Shown here piece after piece: positions 1 to 9,916 of a stretch of DNA of 59,177 bases. Under the pieces are notes generated by a model. That model had not been told where the DNA came from and searched no databases. It saw only the letters and a program-made list of their open reading frames with translations. Both the position numbers and the translations under genes were made by a program. How positions within the stretch are numbered: position 1 is the first letter of the stretch; every line of letters begins with the position of its first letter. Source of the DNA: Fidelibacterota bacterium (GTDB taxonomy: Bacteria > Fidelibacterota > Marinisomatia > Marinisomatales > JABMOV01); NCBI GenBank assembly GCA_046861395.1, contig JBHHUC010000007.1, positions 1-59,177 of the forward strand. Direction: 5' to 3'.

Positions 1-44
1 CGACTGGATAACGACGTTACCAACAGATAAATGGCAATGTTCAA
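1..44 (-). CDS. Possible 5' start of a secreted protein running off the left edge
   Basis: Minus strand reads TTG AAC ATT GCC ATT TAT CTG TTG GTA ACG TCG TTA TCC AGT (MNIAIYLLVTSLSS), which is signal-peptide-like, after a purine-rich GTAGAGAG. Confidence 0.3.
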   Translation of the reverse strand, partial: MNIAIYLLVTSLSS

Positions 45-105
45 TTCTCTCTACAAATTCTCTGTTTTTTGTAATAAGTAAGGTATTGCAAGGGGAGCAT
101 GAATT

Positions 106-130
106 ACCCCATCGAAAGATGGGGTTTTTT
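106..130 (+). terminator. Intrinsic terminator-like hairpin
   Basis: ACCCCATC-GAAA-GATGGGGT stem with a GAAA tetraloop, followed by a T run. Confidence 0.65.
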
Positions 131-157
131 ATTATGGACTGCAGGCAACTAAGTTTG

Positions 158-181
158 TCCCGATAGCGCAGCGTATCGGGA
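158..181. repeat. REP-like palindrome
   Basis: TCCCGATA-GCGCAGCG-TATCGGGA, a perfect 8-bp inverted repeat resembling CCCGAT..ATCGGG intergenic palindromes of FCB genomes. Confidence 0.5.
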
Positions 182-200
182 AGTCCCTCCTCCGGAGCCA
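181..200 (+). other. tRNA 3'-end-like fragment (possible att site or tRNA remnant, Asn-like)
   Basis: AAGT-CCCTC-CTCCGGA-G-CCA parses as T-loop end, 5-nt T-stem strand, 7-nt acceptor strand, discriminator G and CCA. No matching 5' half lies upstream. Confidence 0.45.
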
Positions 201-210
201 CGTGATAATT

Positions 211-238
211 GGACATGGAAAATCCATGTCCGTTTTTT
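211..238 (+). terminator. Intrinsic terminator-like hairpin after the tRNA-like fragment
   Basis: GGACATGGA-AAA-TCCATGTCC followed by GTTTTTT. Confidence 0.6.
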
Positions 239-400
239 GTATAGAGTCAGAAACCTATAGACAATGGATCCCTGTACAAAAGTCAAGTAATTATCATCGA
301 CAACTTGACGAATTAACCTGAAACCCAGGCAAACCTTTGGGGTTCGTACAAAATTGTCAAGCGACAGGGAATCCACTGAGTAAATTTATTACAACCAATG
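226..400 (+). pseudogene. Possible degenerate GIY-YIG nuclease remnant
   Basis: One frame reads FFV*SQKPIDNGSLYKSQV, resembling the F/Y-VYIL..S..DGSLYxGQT start of small GIY-YIG proteins. Multiple stops are present. Confidence 0.25.
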
Positions 401-602
401 AGATTATGCCTCACCTACCGTTTTATAATAACATATAACTATTAATATCCAATGACATATCACAGAATTAAGTAAAACCTGAGCTGAAGTTCCTTACGCG
501 ACATTGGTAACGATATCGCAAGAAGAATAAAGAAAGAAGGAACAGCTCATGGACTTAAAAGACAGTCTATAGGGTTCTGACTTGGAACAGAATAAATTAT
601 AC

Positions 603-629
603 TTAGATATTAAATGATTTGATATTAAA
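603..629. promoter_or_regulatory. Candidate MarR operator (two tandem imperfect palindromes)
   Basis: TTAGATATTAAA (603-614) and TTTGATATTAAA (618-629) lie just upstream of the marR ATG. Confidence 0.45.
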
Positions 630-640
630 AAATACCTGAT

Positions 641-1102
641 ATGGCAACACATTACAACGGAACTGAAATAGAAAAAACAGCTCTGGATGCATTTACAAAG
701 CTAAACAGAGCAACACAATCGGTGGCGACACGCTGTACAAAAGGTATTGATGACGCGGGCTTAACGGATACGCAATTCGGAATATTAGAACTTCTTTACC
801 ACACCGGAAGCCAATGTCAGAAATCCATCGGGAAACGGTTATTGAAAAGTGGCGGCAATATTACATTGGTGATCGATAATTTAGAGAAAGCTGAATTAGT
901 ACAACGCACCAGGGGCAGGGCCGACCGTCGGTTTTATGACATTCATTTAACCGGGAAAGGAGAAGCGCTCATTAAAAAAGTGTTTCAGATCGTCCTGAAA
1001 GACATTGTGAAGGTTTTTAGTGTGTTGACCCCTTCGGAACAAATAGAATTGGCCCGGTTAACGAAAAAACTTGGTTTGGGAAAATTGCATGAAGATGGAT
1101 AA
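641..1102 (+). CDS. MarR-family transcriptional regulator (MhqR-like)
   Basis: GLTDTQFGILELLYH..Q..IG..LLKSGGNITLVIDNLEK..LV.R....DRR...I.LT..G winged-helix signature. Confidence 0.93.
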   Translation: MATHYNGTEIEKTALDAFTKLNRATQSVATRCTKGIDDAGLTDTQFGILELLYHTGSQCQKSIGKRLLKSGGNITLVIDNLEKAELVQRTRGRADRRFYDIHLTGKGEALIKKVFQIVLKDIVKVFSVLTPSEQIELARLTKKLGLGKLHEDG

Positions 1103-1252
1103 ACCCATTGAAAGCTATGCATAATCTCAGTCGATAGGTAGCGCAAAATGTAAAATATTGTGCTGACACAACTTGAATTTGTTAAGCAAAACAACTAACA
1201 CTGAACTTAAAATCCTCACAGGGTAATTGTCATAGATTAAAAAGGAGATGAA

Positions 1253-1637
1253 ATAAAATATATACCATTAATAGGACGAATCCTGTTTTGACTGATGTTC
1301 TTGTTTTCGGGGATCGGGCATTTAACCAGTACCCAGGATATGGCTCAATATGCCAGTTCGGCTGGGGTTCTCGCTGCAACACTAGCCGTTATTGTAGGGG
1401 GCATAATGATTATTCTCGGAGGCCTTAGCATTGCTTTTGGATACAAAGTCAAGATTGGGGCCATCCTATTGGTCGTATTTCTGATTCCAGTCACATTTAT
1501 CATACATACCTTCTGGGGGTATTGAAGATCCCATGCAAGCGCAAATGCAAATGGTCGGATTTCTGAAAAATCTATCCATGCTGGATGGCGCTTTGATGTT
1601 CTACTATTTCGGTACCGGGGTTGGCAGTAAAAGTTGA
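1253..1637 (+). pseudogene. DoxX-family membrane protein pseudogene
   Basis: After the RBS AAAGGAG the frame reads (ATA)KYIPLIGRILF*LMFLFSGIGH...HTFWG. It then frameshifts in a G5 run near 1515-1519 to IEDPMQAQMQMVGFLKNLSMLDGALM..GTG. Lesions: lost start, TGA at 1289, one frameshift. Confidence 0.85.
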
Positions 1638-1803
1638 ATTATAAAACCAATGAGTTATGAGATGAATTAGGTACTAAATAACATTTTAGTTGAGAACAAT
1701 CTTCAGTTGGTTTTAAATGGAAATCCCAAATAATAGTCAAAAATTAAAACCTGTACCGTGAGCAATTGCTTGTAAATTTCACCTTCGATCAGCAGGCAAA
1801 TAG

Positions 1804-3249
1804 ATGAAATACAGATTAATATTACAGTTCCTGAGCCGAATATCGGGACTGTTTGCCATTGCGATGATTCCATGCTTACTTCTCTCCTACGGCTTCAGGG
1901 AACCGGTACATACTGAATTCGCATATCCCATTCTGGGTATGCTCATATTCAGCGTCTTATCATACTCCCAGAAGTACGATTTTAACAATCTGTCCATCCG
2001 GGAAGCTGTCGTCATTGTCGTTATTTCGTGGATTGTGGCTTCCATAATCGGAGCTTTGCCTTTTTATCTGGATCATATTCTACCCAGCTTCACCGATTCA
2101 TTTTTTGAATCCCTGTCCGGTTTCACAGCCACCGGATCGACCGTCTTGCCCGATATCGAAGCCATACCTCGCAGTATTCTGTTCTGGCGAGCGGAAACCC
2201 ATTGGTTAGGGGGCATTGGGATTGTGGTCCTGGTAATGGTTATTTTCCCCAATTTCCGCGGTCGTAATGATTTATTCAGCTCGGAGGCACCGGTTTCGGA
2301 AACGGATGACCGTTTGTTTCCCCGTGTCGCCACAATTGCCAAATCGTATTGGAAGGTTTACGTTATGTTAACCGTTCTGGAGCTTCTTCTTCTATTGCCG
2401 GCTATAGGATGGTTTGATGCCGTAACCCATGCCTTCGCTACGATTGCAGGGGGTGGGTTCTCAATTAGGAATGCCAGTATCGGTTTTTACAACAGTGTCT
2501 ATGTGGAGACTATTGTTATTATTTTCATGATTGCCGGGGCGACCAGCTTTATCCTTCATTATCAGGTCCTGCGAGGGAAATTCAATTACTGGAAATCCGC
2601 CCCTTTCAAGATATTCATGGGAATCCTATTATCGGCCAGTTTCCTCATTGCCATGAATGTCTATCTGGTCCAGGCACATGAAATGAGTTTCTGGTCTGCT
2701 TTCCGCAAGGCAATATTTCAGGTGACTTCCATCATCACGACAACGGGTTTTGCCACCGCGGATTTTAAGTATTGGCCCGATTTCAGTGTATTTATACTCA
2801 TTGCCCTCATGTTTGTCGGAGGTATGGCCGCGTCCACTAGCGGTTCCATCAAAACCTGGCGGATTGAAATTGTCTTTCTGGAAATGCGCCATATGTTGCA
2901 TAAGCTGATCCATCGCCGCGCTGTGATCAATCCGTCCCGTAATGGAAAACGATTGACAATTGATCGCGTTTTTAAGGTGCAGAACTTTATTATCACTTAT
3001 GTGATGATTTTTTTCATTTCCGGTTTATTGCTCATTACCCTAGGGAATACACCCGGCACGTCATTCAGCGCCGTGGCCGCCACGCTGGGAAACATCGGTC
3101 CCGGGATTGATGCCGTAGGCCCCTTTGATAATTTCGCCGGACTCTCCGACCTGTCCAAATGGATTCTGTCCGCCGACATGCTTTTGGGTCGGCTGGAAAT
3201 CTGGACCCTGGTTTCCCTGTTTGTACCGGAATTCTGGGGTCTTTTTTAA
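1804..3249 (+). CDS. trkH: TrkH-family potassium uptake membrane protein
   Basis: FFESLSGFTATGST, WLGGIGI, TTTGF, ATLGNIGPG and MLLGRLEI pore motifs. Confidence 0.95.
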   Translation: MKYRLILQFLSRISGLFAIAMIPCLLLSYGFREPVHTEFAYPILGMLIFSVLSYSQKYDFNNLSIREAVVIVVISWIVASIIGALPFYLDHILPSFTDSFFESLSGFTATGSTVLPDIEAIPRSILFWRAETHWLGGIGIVVLVMVIFPNFRGRNDLFSSEAPVSETDDRLFPRVATIAKSYWKVYVMLTVLELLLLLPAIGWFDAVTHAFATIAGGGFSIRNASIGFYNSVYVETIVIIFMIAGATSFILHYQVLRGKFNYWKSAPFKIFMGILLSASFLIAMNVYLVQAHEMSFWSAFRKAIFQVTSIITTTGFATADFKYWPDFSVFILIALMFVGGMAASTSGSIKTWRIEIVFLEMRHMLHKLIHRRAVINPSRNGKRLTIDRVFKVQNFIITYVMIFFISGLLLITLGNTPGTSFSAVAATLGNIGPGIDAVGPFDNFAGLSDLSKWILSADMLLGRLEIWTLVSLFVPEFWGLF

Positions 3250-3342
3250 CCCGAATATCACATAACACCGATAATGATTGTACATCGCTATAAGATAACG
3301 GGAAATTTTACCTTCTTTTCACACTAACTACAGGAATATTTC

Positions 3343-4056
3343 ATGGGGATAAAATCAGTTTCTTTCATTTTTCTATTATTGTGTTTCAATACCATGGCGC
3401 AGGATCATCCGGTCAGTATGCCGGGATTACTCCAGAATAATTACAGCGGAGTGGTTAAACAGACCATGGACCAGGGAGGATACACCTACGTACTGATCGA
3501 TACAGGCCAGGAGGAAGTCTGGGCGGCGGCTCCGGAATTTCCGGTGAAAGTCGGCGAAAATGTCAATTTTTCCGGTGGAATGGAAATGCGCGATTTCACC
3601 AGTACATCCACCGGTCAGACCTTTGATAAAATATATTTTGTGGGGCGAATATTTACCGAATCCGAACAGGAACCTGTCACCAAGGCGCCCCATGGGACGC
3701 TGGACGAAGATGATATGGGCGCACCCACGTTGAAGAAAGCTGCTGTTGCGCTGGACCCGCAAGCCGATGTTACAGCCATTGCCGACCTGGCGGAACATAA
3801 AACCGATTGGAATGGTAAACGCATCAAACTTCGTGGCAAAGTCGTCAAATTCACTCCGGAAATCATGGGCACGAACTGGATTCATCTGCAGGATGGATCC
3901 GATTTTGACGGGTTTTATGATTTAACAATTACCACCAATGATGTGGTAAAGGTTAACGCGGTGATTACCATTGAAGGCCTTGTCACATTACAGAAGGACT
4001 TTGGTTACGGGTATTATTATGATATAATTGTGGCGGACGCCCGGGTCATCCAATAG
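3343..4056 (+). CDS. Secreted two-OB-fold protein (NrfJ-like conserved hypothetical)
   Basis: Signal peptide. Motifs G.V..TMD.GGYTYV....W.A, F.S....TFDKIYF, and GKVVK....IMG.NW.H.QDG. Confidence 0.75.
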   Translation: MGIKSVSFIFLLLCFNTMAQDHPVSMPGLLQNNYSGVVKQTMDQGGYTYVLIDTGQEEVWAAAPEFPVKVGENVNFSGGMEMRDFTSTSTGQTFDKIYFVGRIFTESEQEPVTKAPHGTLDEDDMGAPTLKKAAVALDPQADVTAIADLAEHKTDWNGKRIKLRGKVVKFTPEIMGTNWIHLQDGSDFDGFYDLTITTNDVVKVNAVITIEGLVTLQKDFGYGYYYDIIVADARVIQ

Positions 4057-4069
4057 TCGCAACCTGCGG

Positions 4070-5347
4070 CTATTTCAGGGGAGGAAGGGGATTCACAACG
4101 ATCTGTTGTGACTCATAATTCCGGATCAGGATGAAATACCAGGAAACACCGATGGTATAGATCAATGCCGTGATCAGGAAAATGGACCCGTATGCCATAT
4201 CCCCGGCCCGCAGATACTGAAAAATTTTGGCACTGATGAACCAGGACGCACTCCAGATACTGGAATTCAGAGCACTGACCAGTTCCTGGTTTTTTTCACG
4301 CACATATCTCATGGACAGTTCCGAGATCATGGGACCGGCCATATTCATCAATGGTTGCCGAATCAGATAACAGAATAATGCCAGGTAAAGAATCCCGCTT
4401 ACGGACCGGAAGTGTTCGGTAAAGGCCAGTATGACCAAAAAGAATATTGCCAAAAATTGAGTTCCCATAATGGACATCCGGTATCCCAGTTTCCGTTTCA
4501 GGAGAGGGACGAACATGACGGCAATCATCACCAGGAAAGCAGATAATCCGCCGAAAATACTAAAGCGGTCGGAGTCCATGTCAAAAACGGAATAGAAAAA
4601 TAGATTGATGAAGGGAATCGTCAACCCGGCCCCAATGGAAATTATCAGTGTGGGAGTGATCACCTGGACAATCAGATTCCAGTCATAATCATGGTGTAAG
4701 GTACGTAGATTGGCCAGGAACTGGCTGGACGGGGAATGGGGTTGGCCTTCCTTGAGAAACAGTAACAGGATAACGGCGCTGATGCTGAGTATGGTGATAA
4801 TACGTAGGATATTGCCCTCCTCCAGGGCCAGCACCCAATTCCCGATGGTAAGGGTCTCCAATCGTGCCAGAATCGCGATCAAGGCGCCGGAAAACATCAT
4901 GGCCAGAGACCAGGTGGAAAAACTCAGCGACAGGGCTTCGGATAAGGTGTCATCATTCGCAATCCGCATGATGAAGGGGACCACACCGACCTGAAAAAGC
5001 ATGAACCCGGTTCCCCACATCAGAAATCCGGCATTCAATAATACGCGGGAATGAATTTCAATGGCGTGAATCAGGATAAAACTGGCCAGTGGAATCAGGA
5101 CCGAGGCCAGGAGAAAATAAGGACGCAACCGTTTTCCCCGGATATAGATCCCGAACGGAAAGGCAAGGAACAATACTCCCAGAAATCGCAATGATGTAAA
5201 ATGTGCGATTTGATCATCACCAAAACCCTGTTTCCGCAGAAAAATATTCAGTATGAGAATAAAAGCGGCATTGATCCATAAGAGCAGGAATTCGGCGGTA
5301 ACCAGCAGCAGGATAGAGGGGTGAATGTTAAAATAGCGACGCAGCAT
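4070..5347 (-). CDS. MFS transporter
   Basis: About 12 hydrophobic segments. IGAGLTIPFINLFF and R..LMNMA.P motifs. Confidence 0.9.
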   Translation of the reverse strand: MLRRYFNIHPSILLLVTAEFLLLWINAAFILILNIFLRKQGFGDDQIAHFTSLRFLGVLFLAFPFGIYIRGKRLRPYFLLASVLIPLASFILIHAIEIHSRVLLNAGFLMWGTGFMLFQVGVVPFIMRIANDDTLSEALSLSFSTWSLAMMFSGALIAILARLETLTIGNWVLALEEGNILRIITILSISAVILLLFLKEGQPHSPSSQFLANLRTLHHDYDWNLIVQVITPTLIISIGAGLTIPFINLFFYSVFDMDSDRFSIFGGLSAFLVMIAVMFVPLLKRKLGYRMSIMGTQFLAIFFLVILAFTEHFRSVSGILYLALFCYLIRQPLMNMAGPMISELSMRYVREKNQELVSALNSSIWSASWFISAKIFQYLRAGDMAYGSIFLITALIYTIGVSWYFILIRNYESQQIVVNPLPPLK

Positions 5348-5490
5348 GGTTGCAACCGGAGCTGAACGCTATACATTCTTTCTCATAATACTGGGAAAAT
5401 AACACCAATTCAGGGTAATCCAAATCCGTTTTCCGCGGGAATACTATCGTCTTGCCTTTGGGGAAATCCTCGCCCTATTTTATCCGTCTC

Positions 5491-6843
5491 ATGAATGTAA
5501 AAACATCACGCAATTCATTCCTTATCTTGTTAGTGACAGTATTTATCGCCGAAACGATGATTATGGCGGTAATGCATTCATATCTCTCTGATATCAGTGA
5601 CGGGGTCACGATGATTCTGGACGGTCTGATGCTGACTTTAATTCTGGCCCCCGTTATTTTCATCCTATTAATCCGACCATTGCTCAATACCATTGGGGCA
5701 AAGGAAAAACTGGAACAGGAAATTCTCAGGCACCGGGAGAAATTAGAAGAGAAAATTCTCGAACGAACCGAAGACTTGCGCAAATTGACGCAGGCTGTGG
5801 AGCAAAGTCCCGCCTCCGTGGTGATTACGGATATTGACGCGAATATTGAATATGTCAATCCCAAGTTTATTGAATTGACAGGCTACTCTCTGGACGAAGT
5901 GAAAGGGCAGAATCCCCGGATTCTGAAATCTGGAATTCAGCCCAAGTCGTTTTACGAAGATATGTGGCAAACACTGACTGCCGGGAAAACATGGCGCGGA
6001 GAGTTCGCCAACCGGAAAAAGAATGGTGAAATATATTGGGAAAATGCCTCCATTGCCCCCATCAAGGATGAAACGGGTCGCACAACGAATTACGTCGGTG
6101 TGAAGGATTATATTACCTAAAAGAAAGCGGCCCTGGATGCTCTCCGCCTATCGGAGGAAAAATTCCGCCATCAGTCCGGTTTACTGGAAAAAACCAATGA
6201 TATGAAAGATTTATTACTGGATATCATTACACACGATTTGAAAAATCCGATCGGCGTGATTCACGGTATGATAAAAATGCTGGCGGAAGAGTGTCAGGAT
6301 AAAGAAATCATATCCGTCATTGAACGAAGCAGCGAGGATATTCTCAAGGTAGTCAATAATGCCACGACCCTTTCCCAGGTGGCCATGGATGAAGCCATCG
6401 AATGCAAAGACTTGAACCTGCACGAGATGAGCGTAACCATTTTGAACGGATATAAATCGGCCCTGCAAAGTGCGGGAATGAAAGTCGTGAATAATATTCC
6501 GGAAGACACCATCATTCATGCCCACCCCGTCATTGAAGAAGTGTTCAAGAATTATATCAGCAATGCGATCAAGTATGCGGCCCAGGGAAAAATGCTGGAA
6601 CTGGATGTCGAGCAGGATGATGGAATAATTTGTGTTATGGTTAGGGACGCCGGCACACCCATCCCGGAAGAGGAATACGATAATATTTTTGAACGAAACC
6701 TGCAATTGGATAAGGTGGAACGCCGGGGCCGGGGTTTGGGACTGGCCATCGTCAAGCGGATTGCCGAAGCCCACAACGGTCGTGTCGGTGTGAAGCGAAA
6801 TCAACCGACCGGAAATTGTTTTTTCTTAGAATTGCCCCGGTAA
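5491..6843 (+). pseudogene. Membrane PAS/PAC sensor histidine kinase interrupted by one in-frame TAA (6118-6120)
   Basis: Two TM helices and a PAS/PAC domain (AVEQSPASVVITD...YVNP.F...TGY). The same frame continues past the TAA into HisKA (THDLKNP) and HATPase (N..SNAIKY, D.G, GRGLGL). Confidence 0.85.
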
Positions 6844-6844
6844 T

Positions 6845-7639
6845 ATGGCATTGAACTTGGGTCTGGCCTCCCCGACCTTCTCTGAATTTGGCATACTCCC
6901 GGGTGATTTGAACCTATCCCATCTTCTGGATCGCCAATGGCTTGAAACCAAGGCCCGGACCATCTATGACTGTAACCCCAATCTGGTCTGTGAAATCGCA
7001 ACCCCGGAAGACAACTACATTGTCAAGTGGTTCGGCTGGAGATCTTCCTTTCATTATCATATTTCCCCCTTGATTCGAAGTCGTGCCCAGGTCAGTTGGG
7101 AAATGGCCGATCACATTCTTCAGGCCGGTGGCAGCACACCGCAGCCGATCTATACCTGCACCCGCCGGGAAAAGGGATTCATTCGGGAGAATATTTTCAT
7201 TACGGCCAAGGTAAACGGTTCCCAATCGCTGCGGGACTGGTTGAAATCCGCTCCCGGAGATGATGCATTGAATCATGTTCTTGCTGACCTGGCCCGGAAC
7301 CTGGCCGCCCTGCATAGCCACAGGATTTTCCATTGTGATTTGACCGCCGGTAATATTCTGATCGACGAAAGAGGGAAAACCTATCTAATTGATCTGAACC
7401 GGGGTGAGCGCAAACGGTGTACCACCGTCCGTTGTCTGGCCGATCTGGCGAAAATATATTTTGGTGATCCGGCCAGGGACACAACCGGACAAATCATCCG
7501 TCTGTTCTTTCGGGAATATGCCGGAAGGATGTCAGAACCGATCGACTGGGAAGCTCGTTACCGGATGGCCCGGCAGGAATTGGAGCAACGACGGCTCAGG
7601 AAAAAGCAAATACGCCGATTACTGAGTCACCGAAAATAA
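6845..7639 (+). CDS. Kdo/WaaP/InaA-family lipopolysaccharide kinase
   Basis: VKWF lysine, LH...IFHCDLTAGNIL catalytic loop, LIDLNR, DLAKI. Confidence 0.85.
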   Translation: MALNLGLASPTFSEFGILPGDLNLSHLLDRQWLETKARTIYDCNPNLVCEIATPEDNYIVKWFGWRSSFHYHISPLIRSRAQVSWEMADHILQAGGSTPQPIYTCTRREKGFIRENIFITAKVNGSQSLRDWLKSAPGDDALNHVLADLARNLAALHSHRIFHCDLTAGNILIDERGKTYLIDLNRGERKRCTTVRCLADLAKIYFGDPARDTTGQIIRLFFREYAGRMSEPIDWEARYRMARQELEQRRLRKKQIRRLLSHRK

Positions 7640-8236
7640 TACAATTCGATTGGCGTGCAGTCCGGGAAGCACGGAACGCAAATCCATCATGGTCAGTCCG
7701 GAAGCTTCTGCTTCGATGCGCAGCTGTGCTGAAGAAATCATGGTAATCCGGGACGGCATTTTCACCAGAAGCCGATGCAAAGTGTGCAGGGGACTGGAGA
7801 CATAGAAGGACGCAATGACCCAGGATGAACTGACCCGGGCGAATTCCTTGAGAATGGCGATCCGGTCCTCCGGGGTATGAATATGCTGCAGCAGACGAAA
7901 GCTGAAAACACCGCTGAAGTGATTATCCGGGAAGGGCAGATTCTCCGCCCGCGCTTCGATGGCTGGGGGGTCGGCAGAAATATATTTATTGTAATATTCC
8001 ACGGCGTAGCGATTCAAGTCGGCACCATATACTTTCCCCACCCGCGACAATGGGTCATGAAAACGTCCAAAACCTGAGGGACAATCCAGAATGGGACCTG
8101 CCAGCTGATGATCCTTGATCAAGTCCTCTACCAGCCTCAATTCCCGGTTGCTTAACCATCGCTGATCCCAGGACTTATATCGTTTGTTGGCATAGGCTTC
8201 CACTTGTTCCAGATTTTTCCATATTTTGTAGGACAT
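7619..8236 (-). CDS. Class I SAM-dependent methyltransferase
   Basis: ILDCPSGFGRF motif I, LPFPDNHF, RLLQHI, EFARVS. Confidence 0.9.
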   Translation of the reverse strand: MSYKIWKNLEQVEAYANKRYKSWDQRWLSNRELRLVEDLIKDHQLAGPILDCPSGFGRFHDPLSRVGKVYGADLNRYAVEYYNKYISADPPAIEARAENLPFPDNHFSGVFSFRLLQHIHTPEDRIAILKEFARVSSSWVIASFYVSSPLHTLHRLLVKMPSRITMISSAQLRIEAEASGLTMMDLRSVLPGLHANRIVLFSVTQ

Positions 8237-8670
8237 TACTTGGCCTGAATATTATGTTTCGCGAGAAAAGATTTGAACTTCAGATCCTCTTTGATGATAT
8301 GATTAACCAACCAGTTTTTCAGAAAATCCAGAAGTTCAAAACTCAAATCCTGCTCTTTGCCTTTATCCAGGATGTGGCTGCCTTCCTTTAGCACTTCGTC
8401 GATTAATTGCTGGTGAAGGATTTTATGATGATCCAATTCATCAAAGCCGTATTTTTCAAAGACTGATTCCTCACGGCTGAAATGGGTTTTGGTGTATTCG
8501 ATTAATTCTATGAAAACAGCATTGATAAAATCCGTTCCCTGCTCCGTCATCATGGAGTGAAACAATTTCTGAATTAATGCGACCAAATGTCGATGATCAT
8601 CATCAATACTGCTAACACCCACGGACCAATCATCGGTCCAGGTTACTATGGGTTTTATTCCTTCAATCAT
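8236..8670 (-). CDS. Bacteriohemerythrin
   Basis: W....SVGV..ID.DH, HF..EE, H...H and WL..HI...D di-iron ligands. Confidence 0.95.
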   Translation of the reverse strand: MIEGIKPIVTWTDDWSVGVSSIDDDHRHLVALIQKLFHSMMTEQGTDFINAVFIELIEYTKTHFSREESVFEKYGFDELDHHKILHQQLIDEVLKEGSHILDKGKEQDLSFELLDFLKNWLVNHIIKEDLKFKSFLAKHNIQAK

Positions 8671-8758
8671 GACTGTACCTGCATATTATGCCCCCAAAAA
8701 TAAGGAATTATTTTCCGCGATACACAGTTGGAATATACCGACGACGAGAGTATCTGAT

Positions 8759-9916
8759 TTAGGGTATGCGCTGCAACGTCAACAGTGTAATTTCGTTCGT
8801 CATTCCCAGACGGAGCGGTGGACCCCAGTATCCGCTACCCCGGTTAACATACAGCCACATTCCCTGGTGATGATGCAATCCTTCAATATAGGGATGAGCT
8901 CGTGCCACCAGCCAGTTGAAGGGCACAAATTGCCCGGCATGGGTATGGCCGGTAATCATGAGATCTACACCGGCTGCCACGGCGGCGTGGACGGAACCGG
9001 GCTGATGCGCCAGCAACAGGCTGAAGGAGGGATCTGGTCGGTTCCGAGCGGCTTTTACAACATCCGACTTATGGGTCGGTTCAATCTCATGGGCTGTCAT
9101 ATCGGTTACACCCATAATGACCAAAGGATAGCCTCGGACCATCACGGTGGTATTTTCATTGATCAAATTGGTGAACCCCAGGGCTTTGGTTTTTTTCAGC
9201 CAGGAATCCACGCCGGAATAATATTCATGATTTCCGGTAATGAAGAATTTGCCATAGGGTGCCCGGAGGGTTTGCAGCGGTTCAACCTCCCGAGACAGAT
9301 GAGACACGGAACCGTCAACCAGATCGCCGGTGAGGGCAATGATGTCGGGTTGCAGTGTATTGACGATATCCACGATATTCTCCACAAACGACCTCTTGAT
9401 CGTAGGTCCTACATGAATATCGGATATTTGGGCAATGGTGAATCCGTCCAGTTCCGCCGGCAAACCGGAAACAGGAACGGTAACCTTTTCCACCACCGGT
9501 GCCTGCCGGGCCTGATGAAACCCAATCATGGTTAATCCTGCCGTGACGATCACAATGCCCCGGTTCAGGGCTCCGGATAAAAGCAGGGAGAGGGAAACGG
9601 GCTGGGCCAAAAGTCTGCTTCCCAGCAACCCGAGTCCAAACACCAGGTCACGAGCAATAAAGGCCAGAAAGGTCAGGATAAAAAATCCCAGACTTATATA
9701 ACCAAGGGCGGAAAATATATCGATTATCCTGTTTTCAAATCCATTAAAGCGGAGAATGGCGGGAATCAGGGGAGCGTATGCCAGTAGAATCAGGATGAAC
9801 CAGGCAATGAATCGTGAGCCGGGGGATAATTTCAGGGACGTCATAAAACGCCAGCCCACATACCCGTGAATTATACCCAGGATGGTAATAACGATCAGGA
9901 GAAAAAGTATGCGCAT
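8759..9916 (-). CDS. Membrane-anchored metallophosphoesterase (YkuE/YaeI-like)
   Basis: N-terminal TM helices. SDIH, TGDLVDG, GNHE, LAHQP and GHTHAGQ motifs. Confidence 0.93.
   Translation of the reverse strand: MRILFLLIVITILGIIHGYVGWRFMTSLKLSPGSRFIAWFILILLAYAPLIPAILRFNGFENRIIDIFSALGYISLGFFILTFLAFIARDLVFGLGLLGSRLLAQPVSLSLLLSGALNRGIVIVTAGLTMIGFHQARQAPVVEKVTVPVSGLPAELDGFTIAQISDIHVGPTIKRSFVENIVDIVNTLQPDIIALTGDLVDGSVSHLSREVEPLQTLRAPYGKFFITGNHEYYSGVDSWLKKTKALGFTNLINENTTVMVRGYPLVIMGVTDMTAHEIEPTHKSDVVKAARNRPDPSFSLLLAHQPGSVHAAVAAGVDLMITGHTHAGQFVPFNWLVARAHPYIEGLHHHQGMWLYVNRGSGYWGPPLRLGMTNEITLLTLQRIP

Noticed and set aside
140..200. Intact tRNA gene
   Set aside because: Only the 3' about 20 nt fit. 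No 5' acceptor strand, D-arm or anticodon arm can be built.
420..600. SLRDI-containing short frame as a transposase remnant
   Set aside because: The match is too short, with no terminal inverted repeats or other transposase motifs.
1289..1291. In-frame TGA in doxX as selenocysteine or recoding
   Set aside because: The gene also has a lost start and a frameshift, no SECIS-like hairpin is evident, and TGA ends many other genes here.
8648..9535. 295-aa + strand ORF
   Set aside because: Antisense shadow of the motif-complete metallophosphoesterase, with no recognisable domain.
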